A stretch of 47,365 nucleotides of DNA. It comes from Bdellovibrio sp. GTDB lineage: Bacteria > Bdellovibrionota > Bdellovibrionia > Bdellovibrionales > Bdellovibrionaceae. The notes beneath the pieces were generated by a model, which ran no database searches, was not told the DNA's origin, and saw nothing but the letters and a program-made list of their open reading frames with translations. The translations under genes were made by a program, and so were the position numbers. Within the stretch, counting starts at the first letter, position 1. Every line of letters starts with the position of its first letter. Where the stretch lies: the NCBI GenBank assembly GCA_003176075.1, contig PSRN01000280.1, forward strand, positions 1 through 47,365, in the 5' to 3' direction. This document shows, piece by piece, positions 34,746-41,830 of this stretch.

Positions 34746-34960
34746 GGGGTCATGTTTCAAAGACAACTCGTGATCGTTTTCTTGATCTCCGTGGTCCTTT
34801 TCTTTTTGATCAATGCGGTTGTCAGTTGAGCGGTGGCCCTCCGCACTCCCATCGGATTGAGTCAGATTGATAACATCGCTACAAGAAACCGTGTCTAGGA
34901 TCTTAGTCCGGACACAAATCTGGTTGCTTTATACCCAATTTAGGTTTTATCTTACCCAAA

Positions 34961-35602
34961 ATGGGTGGAGTAAGAAAGAGAAACAAAATAAGAAAATTAA
35001 AGGCCAAGAAGGCCGGCGGTCTCGTGGATGCACTATTCACATCGACGCAGCAGAAAGTCTTCCGCCTGATTTTCGGTCAGCCAGACCGGAAGTTTTTCGC
35101 ACAAGAGCTAATTGATCTTTGTAGGGCCGGATCTGGCGCGGTCCAAAGAGAAATTGCCGCCCTTCTTGAGAGCGGCCTTGTGACGGCTGAAGTGATCGGA
35201 AAGCAAAAATACTATCAGGCAAACAAGGATTCACCGATTTTTGAAGAGCTTTTTCAAATCGTACAAAAGACCATCGGCCTGGCCGGGCCGATCAAGGATG
35301 CGCTTGAATCTCTCGGTACGCCAATCAAGCTAGCTTTTATCTTTGGATCGCTTGCAAAGGGCTCGGCAAAGTCGGGAAGCGATGTCGATGTGCTAGTGGT
35401 TTCGGATGGCGTCGCTCAAGACGAACTCTACGCTGCGTTAGAGCCCATAGAGCAAATTCTCGCTCGAAAAATAAATCCCCTATTGTATTCGTCTTCAGAA
35501 TTCAGAGACCGGGTAAATTCCAAAAACGCTTTTCTCGAGACGGTACTTTCGGGTGAACGCATTCCATTAGTTGGGGATGAAAATGTCATCACAGTTGGAT
35601 AA
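34961..35602 (+). CDS. wHTH plus minimal nucleotidyltransferase (MNT-type) protein
   Basis: The N-terminal winged HTH is FAQELIDLCRAGSGAVQREIAALLESGLV. The NTase motif is FGSLAKGSAKSGSDVDVLVV. Confidence 0.7.
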   Translation: MGGVRKRNKIRKLKAKKAGGLVDALFTSTQQKVFRLIFGQPDRKFFAQELIDLCRAGSGAVQREIAALLESGLVTAEVIGKQKYYQANKDSPIFEELFQIVQKTIGLAGPIKDALESLGTPIKLAFIFGSLAKGSAKSGSDVDVLVVSDGVAQDELYAALEPIEQILARKINPLLYSSSEFRDRVNSKNAFLETVLSGERIPLVGDENVITVG

Positions 35603-36008
35603 TTTGGTTAGAATCGGCACACTTGAGAAAGAGAATCCCTCTCAGTCAGAGTTTGATGGCCTTTTCAAGGCAGGAAGTGCGAAGCTAAAAGATTCAGAAA
35701 GCAAGGCTTTGAGTCTTGAAAGCCGGTTTGAGCTCTCTTATGCTGCAGCTCACTCCTTTGCATTGGCTGCTTTGAGATGGCATGGTTACCGGCCTAAAAA
35801 TCGATATTCAGTTTTTCAGGCCCTCTCCCATACGACAAAAATGACGAAAATTGAGATTCGAGTACTGAGCGATGCGCACGAAAAACGGAACAGAAGCGCG
35901 TATGAAGGCATGTGGGAAGTCACCTCGGCAATGGTGGAAGCGATGATTCGCGCGACCAATGAGCTGCGTAATCAAATCGTGACACTCGGACCTGTCGGCG
36001 GGGAATAG
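35577..36008 (+). CDS. Putative HEPN-like partner of the nucleotidyltransferase
   Basis: It overlaps the MNT gene by 26 nt. It is all-helical by composition, and the C-terminal DAHEKRNRSAYEG resembles HEPN R..x..Y-type motifs but lacks the canonical Rx4-6H. Confidence 0.45.
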   Translation: MKMSSQLDNLVRIGTLEKENPSQSEFDGLFKAGSAKLKDSESKALSLESRFELSYAAAHSFALAALRWHGYRPKNRYSVFQALSHTTKMTKIEIRVLSDAHEKRNRSAYEGMWEVTSAMVEAMIRATNELRNQIVTLGPVGGE

Positions 36009-36540
36009 CTCGGTTTTGCGGAGCCTTCACGTGCTCCCAGATCATGGTGAATTCATCGCCTCCCATGCTCATGTACAGCCAAAGCTCCTCACGAGCGATA
36101 CGCGCCGGCGTCGATGAAACGTGATCTTGATGCATGTCTTGGTCGAGTGAGCATTCCGAAGCATTGCGTGGATTCACCCAAGTGACCTTGTCGATGAAAA
36201 AACCGGTATCAAACCGCCACTCACCGCGCCTTTCGCAAAAGCCTTCTTCGTTGCGCCGGTACCAACGAAGGATATCCGTTCCGTCAGCTTTGAACTCAAA
36301 GGTCACCAGCAAATTCGGGTTGAGATTGGGGTTCTCCTGGCCTTGATAGATATAGCGGACGTAGTGCCAACGCCCCAGCCACTCCGGAGGATGAAGAGGA
36401 TCGCGATTTTCGCCTACTTCGGGCACTTCAGGCATTTCGCGACTGTCGTGCATTTCGCCCATTATTGAAGACCCATGACTGGCACCCAAGAACGAAAAGA
36501 AAACTGACAGTGATATAAAAATTTGACGAGTGAAAAACAC
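35920..36540 (-). CDS. Hypothetical secreted protein
   Basis: GTG 36540 lies 6 nt after GGAGG. The signal peptide is VFFTRQIFISLSVFFSFLGASHG. The track start at 36630 is over-extended. The 3' end overlaps the convergent HEPN-like ORF by 89 nt. Confidence 0.55.
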   Translation of the reverse strand: MFFTRQIFISLSVFFSFLGASHGSSIMGEMHDSREMPEVPEVGENRDPLHPPEWLGRWHYVRYIYQGQENPNLNPNLLVTFEFKADGTDILRWYRRNEEGFCERRGEWRFDTGFFIDKVTWVNPRNASECSLDQDMHQDHVSSTPARIAREELWLYMSMGGDEFTMIWEHVKAPQNRAIPRRQVRVSRFDYAAHWSRESSLPPLPR

Positions 36541-36751
36541 GAACCCCCTCCAACTCTGTCTGACTAACAGACACCCCCGGCGAGCTGTCAATAACTTCAT
36601 CAACACTCTAGTTACCGTTTGGGCGCCCACAAGTCATTTTGAGACAAAAGTTTGATTTTTTGTCCGTCTTTCCAACGATGCGGCAAAATGGAGTTAACGG
36701 ATTAGTTTAACCCGCCGAATGGACATCGGCACTGTTATCGGAGAAACGAAA

Positions 36752-36952
36752 ATGAAACACTTAAAGGCTTTCGCTCAGCAGCTTTGGAAAGATGAATCAG
36801 GTCAAGGCATGGCCGAGTACGTTTTACTGATCGTGGTGATTATCGCTGTGGCCGCCGTTTTCAAGGATCCCATCATCAAGATGGTACAGGGCAAAATGCA
36901 GGTGGTCTCAGAAAAGTTTGGTAGCTTTGGCAACTCTGACATGGGGAACTGA
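36752..36952 (+). CDS. flp: Flp-family type IVb pilin
   Basis: ATG 36752 follows GGAGA. It has the Flp signature G/QGMAEY followed by the hydrophobic VLLIVVIIAVAAVF. It is 66 aa. Confidence 0.85.
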   Translation: MKHLKAFAQQLWKDESGQGMAEYVLLIVVIIAVAAVFKDPIIKMVQGKMQVVSEKFGSFGNSDMGN

Positions 36953-36993
36953 TTTCGCGACAGGCGCTCGCGCGCCAAAAAAGGGAGCTTTGC

Positions 36994-37185
36994 ATGATCC
37001 TCGAGTACATACTGCTCCTCACCCTGACGGTTGTGTTTGTCGTGTCGATCATTTTCCAGGGCCCCTTTGATGCATTCACCAATGCCGGACCGAAACTGGC
37101 GGCACGGGTCGAGAAAAATTTGATGACGGGCGACCTGTACCCCGTCAGCGCTCAGGGTGGGCCACTGAACTGGCAGGAGCATTGA
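36994..37185 (+). CDS. Leaderless Flp-like small hydrophobic protein
   Basis: GGGAG lies 7 nt before the ATG. The N-terminus MILEYILLLTLTVVFVVSIIF mimics a mature Flp N-terminus without a leader. Confidence 0.55.
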   Translation: MILEYILLLTLTVVFVVSIIFQGPFDAFTNAGPKLAARVEKNLMTGDLYPVSAQGGPLNWQEH

Positions 37186-37224
37186 CCTGGCAAGGAAATT
37201 TAACCCGCAAGAAAGGTGATTCCC

Positions 37225-37743
37225 ATGAACGGGGCCCTGGGATGGCAATCATTCATCGCAATCGGCCTGCTCAGCGCGGCGGTGATCGACGATTTGCGCT
37301 CCCGCAAGGTTCATAATTCACTGGTCCTCGTCAGCTTCTCGATTGCCTTGGTGTCCGCCTTGGTCTCCGCTTTTTTGACCCCTCAGACCGAGGTGGTCAC
37401 TCCCTTCCTGAGTTTCCTGGCTGCCATGGCCCTTGGGCTTCCGCTTTATGCGTTTCGCGTGATCGGTGGCGGCGATTACAAGCTGATGATGGCTGTATCT
37501 CCGTTGCTCTTGCCCGCGAGCTTACCGCAATTTTTTTTCGCCAGCCTGGCGTGGGGAGCACTGCTGGGACTGGTGCTGGCCGTTCAAGAGGGCCAGACAG
37601 GCGGTTCCGCGGCGGGGTCGACCTTTCGAAATATCGGCCAAATCCTGATGTTGCATCGGCCGGATCCTTCTTCGCTTCGTAAGATCCCTTTCACGGTCGG
37701 AATTTTCTTCGGCTATTTGAGCTTACTGCGCGGCGGGGGTTGA
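37225..37743 (+). CDS. cpaA: Prepilin peptidase CpaA/TadV (A24 family)
   Basis: The two Asp motifs are VIDDLRSRKVHN and GGGDYKLM. It is a polytopic membrane protein. Confidence 0.8.
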   Translation: MNGALGWQSFIAIGLLSAAVIDDLRSRKVHNSLVLVSFSIALVSALVSAFLTPQTEVVTPFLSFLAAMALGLPLYAFRVIGGGDYKLMMAVSPLLLPASLPQFFFASLAWGALLGLVLAVQEGQTGGSAAGSTFRNIGQILMLHRPDPSSLRKIPFTVGIFFGYLSLLRGGG

Positions 37744-37766
37744 TCAGAAAACAGGGGGAGCTATCA

Positions 37767-38066
37767 GTGGAATCAAGGGAATCAAGCCGAGTCAGAATAC
37801 AGAAAGGGAAAGCCGAATGCGGCCAGGTGATTCTGGAGAACATTCTCTTGATGGTGGTCTTACTCGGGGTGGCTTCGGTCCTTGTGAAGAGCCTTATCGG
37901 TGCCGAAGCGGCCACGCAATTTACCGAAGGCCCTTGGGATATGCTGAACGGAATGATCCAGTGCGGGGTATGGAAACCCTGTGGCATCGGCCAGCCGGCA
38001 CCGGCTCTTCATCCCAATTCCGGGAATCGAATCCTTTCCTACGATCCGTTCACGGAGGGGCAATGA
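37767..38066 (+). CDS. TadE/TadF-like pseudopilin
   Basis: GTG 37767 lies 6 nt after GGGGGAG. The processing-type motif is G/QVILE followed by NILLMVVLLGVASVLV. Confidence 0.6.
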   Translation: MESRESSRVRIQKGKAECGQVILENILLMVVLLGVASVLVKSLIGAEAATQFTEGPWDMLNGMIQCGVWKPCGIGQPAPALHPNSGNRILSYDPFTEGQ

Positions 38067-38680
38067 ATCACAGGTTCCACGAACGAGGCTTTATCATCCC
38101 CGATTTTATTTTTTCAATCCTCCTCGCGTCGGCTCTTGGCGTGCTGATGTTCTCAGTGAGCTACTCGTTGGCGGTTGTCGAAATCACCCAATATGTCAGT
38201 TACTCCATCGCCAGGGCGCACTTGGCAGGGAACAAGAGTTCCGCCGCTCAGAAACAAAAGGCCATGGCCAAGTACAATTCGCTGGTGAACAGCAGGTCCT
38301 CGCTCTCGCAAATTTATAAAAACGGTTGGTTTGAAGCGGCCAGACCTGATATTCGCGGCGGTCCCTCCGCCGACGGCCAGACTTTTAACCGGGACCTGGC
38401 GGGAGGCAGCGATAAACCCAGCCGGAACTGGTTTATCGGCGTCAGCATTCCACTCAACATCAAACTTCTGCAACTTCAATTGCCGCTTCTCGGGGACTCG
38501 GCCCCCAATCATCCGAATGGTTTTCTGACCCATATCAGCTCGATGTTGATCCGCGAGGTCTCAGAAGATGAATGCCGGAAATTCATGACCAGCCGGGGCG
38601 ATGCCCTCGGGCAGTTACCCTCGGGGCAACAATTTTATCGCAGAGACGCCTATGTGCCCTTGGAGGACAACGGATGTTGA
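38063..38680 (+). CDS. TadE-like pilus assembly protein
   Basis: ATG 38063 overlaps the previous stop (ATGA). The N-terminus is RG/FIIPD followed by FIFSILLASALGVLMF. Confidence 0.55.
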   Translation: MNHRFHERGFIIPDFIFSILLASALGVLMFSVSYSLAVVEITQYVSYSIARAHLAGNKSSAAQKQKAMAKYNSLVNSRSSLSQIYKNGWFEAARPDIRGGPSADGQTFNRDLAGGSDKPSRNWFIGVSIPLNIKLLQLQLPLLGDSAPNHPNGFLTHISSMLIREVSEDECRKFMTSRGDALGQLPSGQQFYRRDAYVPLEDNGC

Positions 38681-39216
38681 AGACTCAACCCGAAACCCGA
38701 GTTCAATCCCAAGCCGGCACGGCTTCCATTGAAATGGTCCCCTTGCTGCTGCTCTTTGCGATGCTGTTCAATTTCACGCTGGGATTTTTCGGAATTATTC
38801 ATTCGGGAATTTTGCAAAACATTGCCGCCCGCAACTACGCGTTTGAGACCTTCCGCAATCGTCCCAATTTGGCTTATCTGCGCGATGAGATCAATTTGGA
38901 GCGGACCCTTGATCGCGAGATCCAGTCCAGGTACTCCCTTAAAAATTTGCGCTACCATGGCATCGTCGCCGAAAGCGGCGGCGAAGTTTGGCCAGTCACA
39001 AAGCGCCCGATCCGTTTCACCGACGTCGCGTCGCCAGACCCCAACCAAGCTCCAGCGTCGGACCACAAGCAGTTGGTCCGGCAGGTTCAGAGTACAGGCA
39101 AAGTTTCCGAAACCTTTACGGGGAAGACGGCCAGGGAAGATAAGTTCGGATTCAACGTGGTTTGGCTGCAAATTCTCTACGGCATTTGTTTAAAGGCGAG
39201 TTGCCGGCCCGAATGA
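38674..39216 (+). CDS. TadE-like pilus assembly protein
   Basis: ATG 38674 overlaps the previous stop. The motif is G/TASIE followed by MVPLLLLFAMLFNFTLGFF. Confidence 0.6.
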   Translation: MLKTQPETRVQSQAGTASIEMVPLLLLFAMLFNFTLGFFGIIHSGILQNIAARNYAFETFRNRPNLAYLRDEINLERTLDREIQSRYSLKNLRYHGIVAESGGEVWPVTKRPIRFTDVASPDPNQAPASDHKQLVRQVQSTGKVSETFTGKTAREDKFGFNVVWLQILYGICLKASCRPE

Positions 39217-39280
39217 TGCCGGGCCGGGGTGTTGTGAAACAAGGTCATGCAAGAGTGAAAGACTTTATAGGTGAAAGGCC

Positions 39281-40168
39281 ATGAATAACGAAACAAGAAC
39301 CCTTTGGATTTCCGTGGCGGCAGGCCTTTTTGCCATGTTTCTTGTTTACAGTTTTTTGCAAGAGCAGAAAGCGGAAATCATTAAACCTTACGGCGGATTG
39401 ATGAACGTGGTGGTCGCGGCCAAAGACATTCGCGAGATGGAGACGATTGACGATTCGATGATTGAGACGAAGGAAAAGCCCCAGAGTTTCGTCGAACCCG
39501 GCGCGATTCGAAATCCTGACGAAGTCGTCGGCCAGGTTTCAGTGGCCGCCGTCAAAAAGGGCGAACAGATCCTGCAAACCAAACTGCTGCAACCGGGGCC
39601 CCAGACAGGAATTTCAATGCAGGTTCAGCCGACTAAACGAGCCATCACCTTGCCGGTGAATGAGTACTCGGGCGTGGCCCGCTTAATCCGCCCCGGTGAC
39701 CGGGTCGATATCATCGCCGCCGTCGACGTCGGCAAAGGACCCAACCAGAAGCGCGAGGTGTCCACCATCCTGATGGACGTGCCCGTGCTCGCCACCGGGG
39801 TGAACGTCGTGAATAATATTCCCCGCGTCTTCGAGGTCGATGACTCCGCCAAGTCCGTAAATCAAATCACCCTCACCGGGGATAGCAAGTACGCCTCGGT
39901 GACCATCGAGGTCTCACCGAAGGAAGCCCAGGACCTCGTTTACTTGATGGCCACCGGTGGAGCGAACAATATCTACTTCACCTTGAAGAATCCCAATGAC
40001 CGCACCGGCCAGCCACGGCTGCCCTCTTCGACGGCCGAAGGCGTGACGGGTCGTCCGGTGATGGACCTGACCCCGGCGCCTTTGCCGCCTCCTTCCGCCC
40101 CAACCGTGGCGGCACCGGCCCCCCTGAAGGCCTCGCCGCGACCTCGCAAAGGATATCGGCCACTATGA
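39281..40168 (+). CDS. cpaB: Flp pilus assembly protein CpaB/RcpC
   Basis: It has an N-terminal TM, SAF-like and RcpC-like regions (VVVAAKDI...GEQILQTKL; ITLPV...VARLIRPGDRVDIIA) and a Pro-rich tail. Confidence 0.8.
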   Translation: MNNETRTLWISVAAGLFAMFLVYSFLQEQKAEIIKPYGGLMNVVVAAKDIREMETIDDSMIETKEKPQSFVEPGAIRNPDEVVGQVSVAAVKKGEQILQTKLLQPGPQTGISMQVQPTKRAITLPVNEYSGVARLIRPGDRVDIIAAVDVGKGPNQKREVSTILMDVPVLATGVNVVNNIPRVFEVDDSAKSVNQITLTGDSKYASVTIEVSPKEAQDLVYLMATGGANNIYFTLKNPNDRTGQPRLPSSTAEGVTGRPVMDLTPAPLPPPSAPTVAAPAPLKASPRPRKGYRPL

Positions 40169-41811
40169 CGAATCGATCGGCCCGCTTCGTCTGCTTAACC
40201 CGCTTCGTCTGCTTGAGCCGCTTCGGTTCCTTGAGCCGCTTCGTCCCCTTGAGCCGCTTCGCGGTGGGACTGTTGGTGTTTTTCATGACCGCCCATGTTC
40301 TTGATTGGCTGGATGGGCAGGAGGCGAGAGCGCAGGAACTCCCGAGCCCCGCCGAGGAGACAGTCAAGGAACCGCCAAAAAAGAAAAAACCGAGGCGCCG
40401 GAAATTCTTGAGTCTCACTCTCGGGGTGGAGGCGGACGAAAAACTCAATTTCCAAGTCAAGGAACCCAAACCCAAAGGGGATTACAAAAGGGTCGTCAAA
40501 GTCGAGTACTCGCCCGAGATCAATTCCTTGCGGCTGACCCCGATTGCCGAGGGGATCGCGACCCTGCAAATTTATGACAAGAAGGATCCCAACAAGCGCA
40601 TTCTTTCCGAGTTCCGGCTTGAGGTCCGCAAGAGTCGCCTCGATTCAGTCGCGCGCGAAATCAAAAGCCTGCTCGGCGATATCGAGGGCATCACCATCAA
40701 AATCGTCAACAACAAAGTCATCGTTGACGGGCAAATCGTCATTCCCAAGGACATGAACCGCATCTACACCGTCGTGCAACAGTATGGCGACCAAGCCACT
40801 TCGCTGGTGACCATGTCGCCCCTGGCGCAAAAAAGAATCGCTGAATTCATTGAAAAAGACATCGGCAACCCCGAGGTGCGGGTGCGGGCTCTTAACGACA
40901 AATTTATTTTGGAGGGGATGGTCAACAACGACGAGGAAAAGACGCGGGCTGAAATCGTCGCCAAAACCTACGTCCAACCCGTGTTCCTTGAGCCGGCCGA
41001 GCGCGAAGGGGTGCTTAAGAAGCCCCGACCCGCGAACGACGGCATCATCAACTTGATCAATGTTCGGCTCGCGGGTCCACCACCGACTCCGAAGCACGTT
41101 CAAATCGTTGTTCACTATGTGGAGCTTTCAAAATCCTACCAAAAAGGCTTTCGCTTTCAATTCACGCCGAACCTGCAAGACAATTCCCATGCCACATTCT
41201 CCACCGGCAACACCCAATCAACCAGTTCAGGGTGGGCGCTCACTGGCATCATCGACAACTTGTTTCCGAAACTCAATTGGTCAAAGCAACATAACTACGC
41301 GCGTGTTTTAGAAAGTTCGACCTTGATTATTCAAGACGGTAAAAAAGGAGTTTTGAATTCCGTCCAGGAAGTCCCCTACCAAACCGCGGCGGGACTCAAC
41401 GGTAGCGTCCCCGTCACCGCCTTCAAGGATGTCGGAATTGCCACGGCGATCACTCCCATCACCCTCAATGAACGATCTGATTCAATCAGTCTTTCGATGG
41501 AATTCGACATCAGCGCCCTCGTTGGAATGACCGATCAAGGGCCCCTCACCCACCGCAATAAAATCACCACCGATTTGATTATTCGCAGCGGCCAAAGTGC
41601 CGCCATCGGCGGGCTGATCACCAATGGGGCTTCGACCGACTACAACAAGACCCCCAAGGGATACCCGGACAACCCGATCATCAGCCTTTTCGCCTCGAAA
41701 GCGTTTCAAAGAAATCAATCCCAGTTCGTCGTGTTTGTGACTCCAATTATTAAGAGCCATGCCAGCGCTGGTTCCGAAAAGGTGAAGCGGAAGTTCCGGC
41801 TGAGCCAGTAA
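40165..41811 (+). CDS. cpaC: Flp pilus secretin CpaC/RcpA
   Basis: It has a BON/secretin-N-like region and a C-terminal secretin domain (LESSTLIIQDGKKGVLNSVQEVPY...IRSGQSAAIGGLI...VVFVTPIIK). The ATG overlaps the cpaB stop. The true start may be GTG at about 40264, after the repeats. Confidence 0.85.
   Translation: MTNRSARFVCLTRFVCLSRFGSLSRFVPLSRFAVGLLVFFMTAHVLDWLDGQEARAQELPSPAEETVKEPPKKKKPRRRKFLSLTLGVEADEKLNFQVKEPKPKGDYKRVVKVEYSPEINSLRLTPIAEGIATLQIYDKKDPNKRILSEFRLEVRKSRLDSVAREIKSLLGDIEGITIKIVNNKVIVDGQIVIPKDMNRIYTVVQQYGDQATSLVTMSPLAQKRIAEFIEKDIGNPEVRVRALNDKFILEGMVNNDEEKTRAEIVAKTYVQPVFLEPAEREGVLKKPRPANDGIINLINVRLAGPPPTPKHVQIVVHYVELSKSYQKGFRFQFTPNLQDNSHATFSTGNTQSTSSGWALTGIIDNLFPKLNWSKQHNYARVLESSTLIIQDGKKGVLNSVQEVPYQTAAGLNGSVPVTAFKDVGIATAITPITLNERSDSISLSMEFDISALVGMTDQGPLTHRNKITTDLIIRSGQSAAIGGLITNGASTDYNKTPKGYPDNPIISLFASKAFQRNQSQFVVFVTPIIKSHASAGSEKVKRKFRLSQ
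40182..40265 (+). repeat. 18-bp tandem repeat x4.5 at the 5' end of cpaC
   Basis: The units are CCGCTTCGTCTGCTTAAC, CCGCTTCGTCTGCTTGAG, CCGCTTCGGTTCCTTGAG, CCGCTTCGTCCCCTTGAG and CCGCTTCGCGGT. If translated they encode (A/T/S)RF(V/G)(C/S/P)L hexapeptides. Confidence 0.85.
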
Positions 41812-41830
41812 AACCAATACAGGAGACTCC

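Noticed and set aside
34752-34829. 25-codon hydrophobic ORF MFQRQLVIVFLISVVLFFLINAVVS directly after hpt, with GAGGGG upstream
   Set aside because: It is plausible as a small membrane peptide. It is too short to distinguish from chance without conservation or Ribo-seq data, so I did not list it as a feature.
35920-36008. The 89-nt convergent overlap between the HEPN-like ORF and the secreted-protein gene, considered as an antisense regulatory arrangement
   Set aside because: It is more likely that one of the two C-termini is over-read past its functional end. No additional structure was seen.
40182-40265. Tandem repeats at 40182-40265, 27098-27185, 20795-20838 and 22912-22969 considered as CRISPR arrays
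   Set aside because: The units are contiguous or only 8 bp apart with no unique spacers of 25-40 bp. No cas genes are present.
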